Part shown: positions 52,438-64,000 of the stretch, one piece after another
Layout: each line of letters starts with the position of its first letter
Numbering within the stretch: the first letter of the stretch is position 1
Assembly (NCBI RefSeq): GCF_001194135.2
Contig: NC_068991.1
Coordinates: 27,065,584-27,129,583 of the forward strand
Source of the DNA: Octopus bimaculoides
Taxonomy: Eukaryota
Length of the DNA stretch: 64,000 nt
Direction: 5' to 3'
The notes under the pieces: generated by a model
Told to the model about the DNA's origin: nothing
Seen by the model: only the letters and a program-made list of their open reading frames with translations
Database searches by the model: none
Made by a program: the position numbers and the translations under genes

Positions 52438-52488
<51 letters not shown>

Positions 52489-52495
52489 TCTATTA

Positions 52496-52700
52496 AAGCG
52501 GTGAGCTGGTAAGAATTGTTAGCAAACATTGGAATTTCGTCTGCCCTTATTTTCTGAGTTTTCATATTCTGCCTATGTCGACTTTGGCGTTGATCGTTTT
52601 GGAGACGGTGGAATAAGTACTAGTTGAACGCTGGAGTTGATGTAATCGACAAATCTACTTTTCCCCAAATTTTACGCCTTGTACAAATTGTAGAAATGAT
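52496..52700 (+). mobile_element. SINE family A, diverged copy
   Basis: GCGGTGAGCTGGTAAGAATTGTTAGC..TTTCTGAGTT..GTCGACTTTG..GATGTAATCGAC. Confidence 0.75.
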
Positions 52701-52714
52701 CATTAAAATCAACT

Positions 52715-52910
52715 TATTAGCACGACGGTCAAAATGCTTAGCAACATTTCACTCGTCTTTACGTTCTGAGTTCAAATTCCACCGTGGTTGACTTTACATT
52801 TCATTCTTTCGGGGTCGATAAAATAAGTAGCAGTTGAACACTGAAGGCGGTGTAATCAATTTATTCCCTTCTTCAAACTTGCTGGCCTTGAGCCAAAAAT
52901 TGAAACCATT
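52715..52910 (+). mobile_element. SINE family A, tandem second copy
   Basis: TTAGCACGACGG..AAATGCTTAGC..TTTACGTTCTGAGTTCAAATTCCACCG..TTTCGGGGTCGATAAAATAAGTA. Confidence 0.8.
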
Positions 52911-54044
52911 ATTAAAAGCAACTTACACTTTATGAATTTGAAATAAATTATTCAAAAAGATTAGGATTTTTTTCCCTTCTGCCCTGAGTTAATCTTTTAC
53001 TGTCTTCAGTGAATAGGAGAAAAAATGTAAGAAAACCCATAATTTAAAAACAAATTGCGCAGTTGCACGAACAAACAAAACATAATCAATTTGTACCCGG
53101 GTGTTGTTTTGATATCGATTTCTTTTAAACATCTCTGGGAGAATTTGATTTATTAAATTTTCTGGTGTCACATAAAAATAAACTTCTTCACAAAGTAAAA
53201 CTCTATAAATTTCTTTTCTTTTTCTTAAAGAAAACTAGAAAAAAACAGACATCAGGATTATATATGAATTTTCTATCTTAATTTTGATATAATTTATTTA
53301 TTGTTTTATACTTATTTCAGAATTTTCACTTCAAATTTTTTTATTGTATAGCACTTATGAAGATAAAAGCTCGCGGGTATTAATTATACATCTGGTATTT
53401 CATAATGTTTTAAAACTGAAATTATAATTAAATTTGCTAAATTAAATCAGCTAACAAATTAAATTAGCTTGTAATGTAATATAATTAAGTCCTAACACCA
53501 GCAATTGATTTTTTCCAGCGGGGGTAACACATGAATTAAGTAAAGTGAGCTAACTAAATCTTTCAAATCCTAAAACACTTTACAGAAAAATATGAAAGTA
53601 AAAATGCGATTAGCTTTCTACTGCCAATGTTTACAAATACAAGTTATATCAAAAGTATAAACGTATTTTCGCTGAAATAAATGTAATTTTTGAGACTTTT
53701 ATCTTTTCCTGGCCAAGAAAAGGTCCTGTACCTCACATACATAACAATCTAATACCACTTGCCGAATTGCCAAAATTGATTACATCTCTCATAGTGTTTT
53801 CTTGCATAAGCAAAAGAACATCAGTCGGGTGAATCTCTAATTGGCCCCCGTAAATGACTGGTGTTCATTTCTCCACCGAGAAACACTGCCATGAGAAACA
53901 GATTTGAATGCTCTTTCCTTATCCCAAATTTTTATTTAAACAATTACAAAAACTCTGGTTAGTTCGTATATGCATAACTCAAAAGCGCAAATATATATAC
54001 GTACATGTACACGCGCACAAACGCAGACACGTGCACGTGCACGT

Positions 54045-54092
<48 letters not shown>

Positions 54093-55398
54093 GCACACAC
54101 GCGTGCGCACACACGCACAAATTGATAAATATATAACATGTGTCTGATAACTTATAAACTTCGCTTACACACTGCGAACAGCGTATCTTCCAGAAATATA
54201 GCTCAATTCCAGTAGTTTCCACATTTATTAAAATATATGTATGAGCACATTTGTTCATATATATACACACACACACACACATATATATATNNNNNNNNNN
54301 NNNNNNNNNNNNNNNNNNNNNNNNNNNNNNNNNNNNNNNNNNNNNNNNNNNNNNNNNNNNNNNNNNNNNNNNNNNNNNNNNNNNNNNNNNNNNNNNNNNN
54401 NNNNNNNNNNNNNNNNNNNNNNNNNNNNNNNNNNNNNNNNNNNNNNNNNNNNNNNNNNNNNNNNNNNNNNNNNNNNNNNNNNNNNNNNNNNNNNNNNNNN
54501 NNNNNNNNNNNNNNNNNNNNNNNNNNNNNNNNNNNNNNNNNNNNNNNNNNNNNNNNNNNNNNNNNNNNNNNNNNNNNNNNNNNNNNNNNNNNNNNNNNNN
54601 NNNNNNNNNNNNNNNNNNNNNNNNNNNNNNNNNNNNNNNNNNNNNNNNNNNNNNNNNNNNNNNNNNNNNNNNNNNNNNNNNNNNNNNNNNNNNNNNNNNN
54701 NNNNNNNNNNNNNNNNNNNNNNNNNNNNNNNNNNNNNNNNNNNNNNNNNNNNNNNNNNNNNNNNNNNNNNNNNNNNNNNNNNNNNNNNNNNNNNNNNNNN
54801 NNNNNNNNNNNNNNNNNNNNNNNNNNNNNNNNNNNNNNNNNNNNNNNNNNNNNNNNNNNNNNNNNNNNNNNNNNNNNNNNNNNNNNNNNNNNNNNNNNNN
54901 TGTGTGTGTGTGTGTCATAAGAAGTAAAACGGATTATAAAATCCAGGCTGATATCTATAAACCACTTAGTTTTAAACGAATTTCTTTACCTATATCCCAC
55001 AATCAGACACCAATACATACACACACACACATAAATGTATGTACGTATACATATATACATATGTGTGTGTATGTGTGCGTGCGTGTGTGTGTATGTGTGT
55101 GCCCGTGTCTGTCATTGAATACCGTCAATGTGTTACTAACATCTTGATGATCCCAGTCTTAAAAGGTTGACTATGATTTATGATTTTATGAGGGACGGTC
55201 TCCGAAAATGGTCCATCTGCAAAACTATTTTTTCAATATTTGACATTTCCGTTTTCTTCCACCAGGAAGGACAAAAACCGATGATCTATAAAGGGAAGCA
55301 GAAAGTCAACAATCAATCTTTGAAATAAGCCTCGAAGTAACAAATATTACTGCCAAAAACTTTACAGTATTGCACAATGAACGATTGTAAGGGTACGT

Positions 55399-55452
55399 CA
55401 TGCTTATTAACAGGTCCATGCTTATTAACATTTCCATGCTTATTAACATGTC
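55399..55452. repeat. 18-bp tandem repeat, 3 copies (CATGCTTATTAACANNTC)
   Basis: Read directly. Confidence 0.9.
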
Positions 55453-57211
55453 CAGAAGCATTCAGAAAGCTACCAAACCTCCCATTGTTATAAGTGTGTC
55501 CAAAACAATCATCAATCTATGGGCATGTAATAACAATTTGTCAATAGGCACGCCCATTGAGTGTGTTCCGAAAAAATGAAAAGTTATCAGCCTTGGTTAT
55601 CTCAAATTAGGTCGACCGCGATCCAAAGTCAGACTAGTGAGATTAAACTTCTCTTTCTACGGAGGCACAAGCATACTGATTAGAGATGATGCGAGTAATA
55701 TTTCAAAAGATTAAAACCAATCTTACGCATTTCAATTATTAAATGCATAGACTTAATATACTCAAAACGGTGAAATATATACATACACACTGAACAACAC
55801 GCACAGGCACCCATACATGCACAAACATACACATACATGCACCTACGCACGCGCGCGCACACACACGCATACACACATACACACACGCACTTGTGTATAT
55901 CACGTGGAGCTATGCAATGCGGTTACCTTGGTTTGAAACAGAAGTAAGTTTCAGCTGATGCGATAATGTGCAAATATGTAAATTTCTCACGTCTGATGGC
56001 ACAGAGGAAAGGCATGCCACCTGGACTTAAGATAGCGGTCTTGCAATTGGCAGTAGCGAAATATACACGAAAGCTAAAATAGAAAAGTATTCCCGCATGT
56101 ATGAAACATGATATGCTTAATTACAAATATTAGTCATTTTTCTCAAACGCCTGATAAATTTATTCAACAGAATTAGCGAAAATTTTACTACAATGACATA
56201 TATCTGAGAACATCCGTTACGTTTTGATGGCGTTGTTAGAACGGGTGAGTACAATGTGATTTGTGAAAACGGCTTTAATTGCCGTGGATGCGATATCATG
56301 TTATATGTTCGCTCACGTTGTCCAAAAATTGTGCGAGTTTACTGAAAGCTGTCGCAGTAAATGGTATTTATTTTTTTCTGATATGTGTATCATTAAGTCT
56401 AGAATTCTACCAGGCGTTTTATACCGTTCACGCAAAAACGAAGCAAGCGACAAATCACACATGTTTTGGCTTCTCACCTCAATAAAGAAAAACAACCATC
56501 AATGTTTTCATTCTTGTTGATTTCAAGTACACAGTCATTCATGGGTAAACCTTTCTATTGGCCTCCAAATATAATTATTTCATTTATTGACTGTCAGATG
56601 CGAACTGGTAGTTCATCAATCCCACAAGGGGTAACAACATTTTTTATTCGTTATTTATCACTGCTATTGAACCTACCTACAATTATTTATGTAATTCGAT
56701 CATTGTCATATGAGTAAAAGAACAGGGTGACACCACTATCATAATGCGTATTTTAACTACATGGCGGGCAGGATCACTCACTGTATGGAGATGTAGCGAC
56801 CAAACTGGCCTGGATTTTCTGATTCTGTCAATGTTATGTTTCAGCAAAACCGAAACTTAACATAGGCATTATGCGAGGTATAAGTAATACGCAAATGTCT
56901 GAGTAACTCTAAAATGTAATCTGAGACACTAAAGCAGATCATGCCAGAAAAATAAGAACATTAATTAAGCAAGGACCACAGAATAATACACAGTCGGCTT
57001 TACAACGGTAATGGTGAAGGCTAATTTGTGTTACTCAATTGTTCTACAGGGGGAAAAGATTCAGTGCCGAGTGTAACAGTATATCGCTTTAAATAGTGAT
57101 AACATTTTCAATACTTGAATCACATAGGGCATATGCATATATGCACACTTATATACACACACATACATACCTACACACACATACATACATATTTATGTAC
57201 CTATATATATA

Positions 57212-57276
<65 letters not shown>

Positions 57277-58229
57277 NNNNNNNNNNNNNNNNNNNNNNNN
57301 NNNNNNNNNNNNNNNNNNNNNNNNNNNNNNNNNNNNNNNNNNNNNNNNNNNNNNNNNNNNNNNNNNNNNNNNNNNNNNNNNNNNNNNNNNNNNNNNNNNN
57401 NNNNNNNNNNNNNNNNNNNNNNNNNNNNNNNNNNNNNNNNNNNNNNNNNNNNNNNNNNNNNNNNNNNNNNNNNNNNNNNNNNNNNNNNNNNNNNNNNNNN
57501 NNNNNNNNNNNNNNNNNNNNNNNNNNNNNNNNNNNNNNNNNNNNNNNNNNNNNNNNNNNNNNNNNNNNNNNNNNNNNNNNNNNNNNNNNNNNNNNNNNNN
57601 NNNNNNNNNNNNNNNNNNNNNNNNNNNNNNNNNNNNNNNNNNNNNNNNNNNNNNNNNNNNNNNNNNNNNNNNNNNNNNNNNNNNNNNNNNNNNNNNNNNN
57701 NNNNNNNNNNNNNNNNNNNNNNNNNNNNNNNNNNNNNNNNNNNNNNNNNNNNNNNNNNNNNNNNNNNNNNNNNNNNNNNNNNNNNNNNNNNNNNNNNNNN
57801 NNNNNNNNNNNNNNNNNNNNNNNNNNNNNNNNNNNNNNNNNNNNNNNNNNNNNNNNNNNNNNNNNNNNNNNNNNNNNNNNNNNNNNNNNNNNNNNNNNNN
57901 NNNNNNNNNNNNNNNNNNNNNNNNNNNNNNNNNNNNNNNNNNNNNNNNNNNNNNNNNNNNNNNNNNNNNNNNNNNNNNNNNNNNNNNNNNNNNNNNNNNN
58001 NNNNNNNNNNNNNNNNNNNNNNNNNNNNNNNNNNNNNNNNNNNNNNNNNNNNNNNNNNNNNNNNNNNNNNNNNNNNNNNNNNNNNNNNNNNNNNNNNNNN
58101 NNNNNNNNNNNNNNNNNNNNNNNNNNNNNNNNNNNNNNNNNNNNNNNNNNNNNNNNNNNNNNNNNNNNNNNNNNNNNNNNNNNNNNNNNNNNNNNNNNNN
58201 NNNNNNNNNNNTATATATACATATATATG

Positions 58230-58385
58230 CGGCAGGCGTCATTCTATCTCCATCTACCAATTCAACTCACAATGTTTTGGTCGGATCGAAGCTATAGTAG
58301 GGGACACTTGCCCAAGTTTTCACGCAGTGGGACTGGAACTGTAGCCATGTGGTTGGGAAGCAAGCTTCTTACAATACAGCCACGC
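58230..58385 (-). mobile_element. SINE family B, 5' half abutting (TA)n and a gap
   Basis: Minus strand GCGTGGCTGTATTGTAAGAAGCTTGCTTCCCAACCACATGG..GTCCCACTGCGTG..TTGGGCAAGTGTC..CTACTATAGC. Confidence 0.8.
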
Positions 58386-59047
58386 TGAGTATATCTGACT
58401 CACACGCACACACACGCACACACACGCACACACACGCACACACGCCCGCACACATAGCACAGTGAGAGGGACAAATAATTTACAGATAGAACGAAAAAGA
58501 CAGAAACTAATAGAAATGTGCTCTGCGCATCATTGGTCCTGAATAAAATGTCTTAACTTCGACACCATCTGAAATCCAGTTTCAGCAACGTTAGCTTCTG
58601 AGAACGCTGTAGACACAATTTGAGATGAGGATAATGACAAAGACGGATAAGTTCTGCAGAATGAATTTTAATTACAGACAATACTGGGCAAAATAATATG
58701 TATAACTAAGATGCCTTTCAGCTTGAAAACAGATTTATGCCAAGTTCACTTATGGTAGATAGTATATGCCTTGAAGCATTGAAAATAAACATATAAAATA
58801 ATTAATTGGGAAATATTCGAAGAATTGACAAGAGAAGAACAATCTGCATCAGTAGATTTAATAAACCATTCTAATCCGAATTCAGAGAGTGTTATTGAAT
58901 AATAGAGGCACCTGATGCAGCGGCATGGTACGACGAACGGAAAGTTTTGTTAATAAAAACTGAGATAAGGCTACTAGTTCGGAAGATATCAGCGCATAAT
59001 ATACATATGGAATATTTTCAGCATTACATACGGCTACACACACACAT

Positions 59048-59144
<97 letters not shown>
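59048..59144. repeat. (GATA)n tetranucleotide repeat
   Basis: Read directly. Confidence 0.97.
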
Positions 59145-61250
59145 GATGATTTTATTCTTCCTTTTGGGCATCTAAATATTAATGTTTTTTTTTCTTTTTG
59201 ATATGATGCACTTTAAAAGTACTTCAAACCTGCCTTTCGGTTACAGCTCGCATATTCTCTGGAGCTCTGTTTCACAATTTTCAACCCCAAGGTGAGGCGC
59301 AATACAAATGCAGTTTGTATTTTAGACAAGGCGGAAATTCATTTCATTATTTATTATTACTTTTAAATAACCTCGCATAAAAAAATCCTAAATGCTTAAC
59401 AAAGCTTTACCTAAAGAGTATACAGTACATTTATATGACAACAAAGAAGGCACCTGCAGATATATGTAGATGTGACAGGCTAATTATCCAATGCCTTTCA
59501 AAGAAAATTAAATGAATTCTTCTCGTGACTTTGAAATTACATTCACGGTTCAATTTCTTTGCTATCTATTAACAATGCCTTTGTTTAATAATATGGATTC
59601 AATATGGTAATACCAGAAGGTGTATTCTTTTTAATCTCAGCTATAAGCCAATGCATAAATAAAATGTTTTGAATTTTCTAAACAATTTTTTTTTGTTCAT
59701 ATTTATATTCTATAGTTAACATTTTTCATTGCTCTCCATATAAGCAGGTGTTATAATTTATGACATTAAGTGAAATATACATAAGTTATTCTAACACTCG
59801 TATCACTGAAATGTATACGTTAGTAAATTTTACTGAGAAACATTACGAACGTGAATACTTGTTTCTCTGCAGTATGGTATAATGTGTTTCTTTTTGTGCT
59901 GCAATGGTAGTGCATATCGCGTCTAATTTTAATACATGAAATAGAAGCTGAGACTTACATACATACATACGTACACATACACACACATACACATACACAC
60001 ATACACACATATATACATATATATACATACATACTTAATATGTACACATACATACACACACACATATATATATATATTTATATTTATGTATGTATCTATG
60101 AGTGTGTGTGTGTGTGTGTATGTATGTATACATATGTGTGTGTGCATGCATATGTGTGTTTGTGTGTATATTTATGTGTGTGTGTGTGTATATCTATATA
60201 TATATAAGCTGTATTTATATCGTATGAACAAATATTATGTACTCTTGATGACACAATATAATGTAAATTTAGCAGGTGTGTGCACTCTTCTACGTTAACT
60301 GTAATATATGATATGATAGTTTTAATAATTGCACTCTTTACATTTGGAAATATTTCATATAAATTTATGACTTTTATCTGTGTGTCTATTGATCGGATCT
60401 ATCACAGTAAGTTGAAACTAAAATCATCACATTGTAGAAGATTAAGTCTATCTATTTAAGACACACAATTTCTTTCTTAATAGTACTGTTTACTATCAAA
60501 TGTTAAAATGGAACATAATCATGTCAGTAACAAAGTCGAAGAAATATGGTAACATCTTTGACACTTAAGAGACTGTACTATTAACAGATAAACGACAAAA
60601 AAATAGAAATTATTTTGCTAATTTTCAAAAGACTAAAATCCATCGTTCATAATTCAATTATTAATGCATAGATTTAATGTACTCGAAACCTTAAAATGTA
60701 CACATACACTCACACCTGTGCATACACACGCACGCACGCGCACGCAGACACACACACACNNNNNNNNNNNNNNNNNNNNNNNNNNNNNNNNNNNNNNNNN
60801 NNNNNNNNNNNNNNNNNNNNNNNNNNNNNNNNNNNNNNNNNNNNNNNNNNNNNNNNNNNNNNNNNNNNNNNNNNNNNNNNNNNNNNNNNNNNNNNNNNNN
60901 NNNNNNNNNNNNNNNNNNNNNNNNNNNNNNNNNNNNNNNNNNNNNNNNNNNNNNNNNNNNNNNNNNNNNNNNNNNNNNNNNNNNNNNNNNNNNNNNNNNN
61001 NNNNNNNNNNNNNNNNNNNNNNNNNNNNNNNNNNNNNNNNNNNNNNNNNNNNNNNNNNNNNNNNNNNNNNNATATTTACATAATTAAGATAAAGTCATTA
61101 ATTAAGGATTTAACAGTGGCCAGCATACAAAGAACCATATGGGCTAAATTAATATTTAAAGTATAATTATGATTGCAGCGTGGAAGGCATTTATAAGCCA
61201 TTTAAAAACACAAAAAAACCCGTTAGATTCACTTCAAAATTTAAATTTAA

Positions 61251-61301
61251 TTTGTCAAAATATTTTCGTCGCTTTGAAATCGCGACCTGTTCACTGACAA
61301 A
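61251..61301 (-). ncRNA. Minimal type-I hammerhead-like motif with a G3:C8 core
   Basis: TTTGTCA-GTGAACA-G-GTCGC(GATTTCAAA)GCGAC-GAAA-ATATT-T-TGACAAA: 7-bp stem I, 5-bp stem II, palindromic AATATT stem III; lies in a putative PLE terminal block at about 61174-61313. Confidence 0.5.
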
Positions 61302-61754
61302 AATTCGTGCTGCGCTAATTATACTTTAAACATTAATTTAACACATACGGTCTTTTGTACGCTGGTCACTGATAAATCATTAATTAATTACTTTATCCTC
61401 ATTATGCGAACATATTTGCTGCAGAATCATTCTGATTAAATATTCACATGAAATGGACAATGAGGTTTTTACTTCGTATATATGTATGAAGGCATGTATA
61501 TATTCGTATTTGTACGTCTGTATATCTATGGGTATGTATACATATTTCTCAGTTGTTTACCGTCGGTGTACCCTACTGAAGATTGTAACGCAATTTCAAT
61601 ATTGCAAAATATGAAATCTTATGATATAAGGTTGTCCACAATATTTTTATAAATCTTTTCTGTCCATTTTCCTCGCATACAGCCTTGTGTTAAACGAAGT
61701 GCTAACTTAAGTGGTTTGTAGTTATTTGACGTATATCTCTATCGTGCAGGCTAC

Positions 61755-62910
61755 GTCCCTCCAGCTGGTTACTACTCATTCCTAAGTCTTTGTTTACTGC
61801 GCCATTCTTTTCAATCTTGTCCTTATTTAGCTAAATGGTCTTCTCATCGTCATGGAGGCCTTCTAAATGACCTTTTCCAATCTCTGTAATATTCCACGGC
61901 AACAGGACGGGTCCACTTGCGAACATTGTAACATGTCCGGCCCAGCGAGAGTATGTGCTCGGTATTCTGCTAGTGTACTCCACTCTAATCTGCGGTTATC
62001 TACGAGCGTACTCCACTCTGATCTCGAATTATTTCGTTTTGAATATGCTCTCGTAATGATATTCCTTACAAGGAACTTTCCATGGCATTTTTCGTCGTAG
62101 CCAATTGATGTTCGTCAATTTTAGTTTTATTCCAAGACTTACTAGCGTATAAGACCGCACGTAGGATTGTACCATTGTGGAGTGTGACGCGAATGATGTT
62201 GTCCAGCTTTGATTTGAGTACATACTTTATTGACGTAAACGCCTTTTTTTCCTAATCTTATTCTCTTTGAGGTTTCGGCATCCATATCCCCATGCATATT
62301 CACTGTGTGCCCTAAGTAGATGTACTCTTTTATCGCCTCGATTTCATCGTTTCCTACTTCTATTCATCCTTGTGATACATCTTCCGACCGCATATATTTT
62401 GTTTGCTTGTAGTTCAATTTAAGACCTACTGTTAAGCTCTGAATCTCCAATTCTGTCGGCTCAGTCTGCAGCTGATTTGTGGTTTCGGCGATGAGCGCAA
62501 AGTCATCTGCGAAACGGAAGTTTGTTAGGAACTCGCTGTTGATGTTCCAGCAACCTGTTCAGTCAATGTCACTGATGACCATTTCTAGATACGAAATAAA
62601 GAGCTTTGGAGAGATGTTATCTCCATGTTTGATGTCCTTCCCAACTGGATCTCTTACCAATGGCAAGAGCAGAATTATATTTGTTGTGCACCCAGAATTC
62701 GCATCTTTTAACAGTTTGATGTATAGCAACTTGACACCCTGCATTTTCAGACATTTCATCACTGCATTCATCTCGACGCTATCAAAGTTGTCAGCGAAAG
62801 CGATGCACAAAAGCAGCTTGTATTCATTGACTCGTTCTCTAGAGTGAATATGAGATCCATTGTACTATAGTTTGACGGGAAAATTCTTGGCTGCTAATCA
62901 TGAAGGTGTT
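61755..62910 (-). mobile_element. RTE-clade LINE (BovB-like RT region to C-terminus), decayed
   Basis: YSTMDLIFTL; FDSVEMNAVMKCL; GKDIKHGDNISPKLF; LTNFRFADDFAL; GLKLNYKQTKYM; WAGHV. Confidence 0.85.
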
Positions 62911-62974
62911 CCTACTATAAGCACAAGACCAGAAATTTTTGGTGAATGGATTAACCGATTATATCGAACCCAGG

Positions 62975-63600
62975 CTTCTGTTGAAGAATGAAATGTCCGA
63001 TTTTTTATGCTGCAATTTTGATAGTCGTCAACTCTATCCTAACAATTCGTTGTTTTACAACATCGAAGAGTTACTTTTCGAAATACAATTCGTGATGTCT
63101 GATTATATTGTGAGCTTTCTCTTGTAAACCCATGGCTAGATAAAATATTCGTGTTGTTTATAAATATGAGTTACTTCGTGGAACCAATGCATTCCAGACA
63201 GCTCGAAACATGAATAAGATTATTGGTGAAGCCGTGGCGAATGAGCACACTGTACGTCGATGGTTTGAGAATTTCCGGTCTGGTGACTTTACTCTTGAAA
63301 ATGTGTCCCGTGGTAGACTGAGACCAAAGAGAATAATGATGAGCTGGAAACTGTAATGGCAGCGTATACATCTCAAACTACGCGTGAGTTAGCATGAAGG
63401 TTTGATGTTTCGATTCCAACTGTATTGGACCATCTGAAACAAAGGGACAAGGTAAAGAAGCTGGGCAAGTAGGTACCACACGAACTAAACGAGCACCAAA
63501 TGACACGTCGTCTTGAGACTTGCTGTTCTTTGCTGTCATGATATAAAAGCGAATCAGTTTTGAATCGTATTGTTAAGTATGATCAAAAATGTATTTATAG
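62975..63600 (+). mobile_element. mariner transposon, 5' part, decayed
   Basis: YELLRGTNAFQTARNMN..NEHTVRRWFENFRSGDFTLEN..RGR..TTRELA..PTVLDHLKQ..KKLGK*VPHELNE (WVPHEL motif)..RIVKYDQK. Confidence 0.9.
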
Positions 63601-63933
63601 AGTGCAAAATAAGCTTCTCCTAAGCAACCAACTCTAGGCTTGTATTTTTAGAAAGAAATCTATAAGTCCATCTACGAATGCTTGGGAATCGACGATCGCG
63701 TGTGATGGCAAGTGCGATTCTAGTGCGAGTAAATGTGATTCCAAAAACGATAATAACTTTTTTTTATTATGAACGATCTCGTCATTCTTTTTACTTTACA
63801 TAAAATATTCATTACATTCTACTGTTGTTTTATTTTCATTTATTTACGAGTAATATAAATTCTATAGGTAAAATATTTTTCTGGGAACAAATTACGCTTT
63901 ATAACATTGTTATTATGGGTAATTATTGCTCTC

Positions 63934-64000
63934 CTTTACGAGTTTTCGCTTTACGAGTTTTCGCTTTACGAGCTGTCTGTGGAAACAAATTAACTCGTAT
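63934..64000. mobile_element. Probable Tigger/pogo-type MITE end with a 15-bp subterminal repeat, truncated by the window edge
   Basis: CTTTACGAGTTTTCG repeated 2.6 times, then GCTGTC..GGAAAC.AATTAACTCGTA; the pattern resembles Tigger-type subterminal repeats (recognition only). Confidence 0.45.

Noticed and set aside
56200-56345. RFDGV..CRGC peptide resembling a piggyBac C-terminus
   Set aside because: Too short; no TTAA/TIR ends or catalytic domain nearby.

Overview
AT-rich, microsatellite-dense animal genomic DNA from a gapped draft assembly, with 13 N-gaps totalling about 6.3 kb. The repeat landscape resembles Octopus; this is my recognition, not a search result. I can support no intact host protein-coding gene: nearly all long ORFs in the track are N-runs, microsatellites or decayed transposons. 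The window is a nested set of mobile elements: three R4/Dong-clade RLE LINEs bordered by (AAT)n (one near full length), two Tx1/L1 copies, CR1-like and RTE fragments, two Penelope-like GIY-YIG elements, two mariners, a DD37D maT element, MITEs, two long palindromes beside (TA)n, and three tRNA-derived SINE families. The most interesting signals are (1) minimal hammerhead-ribozyme-like motifs in Penelope-type terminal blocks, one with a compensatory G3:C8 core swap, (2) tandem stacking of R4/Dong elements in (AAT)n, (3) a SINE family with an internal microsatellite expansion site, and (4) a 118-bp local duplication joined to a Penelope-like tail. A few isolated exon candidates are low confidence.
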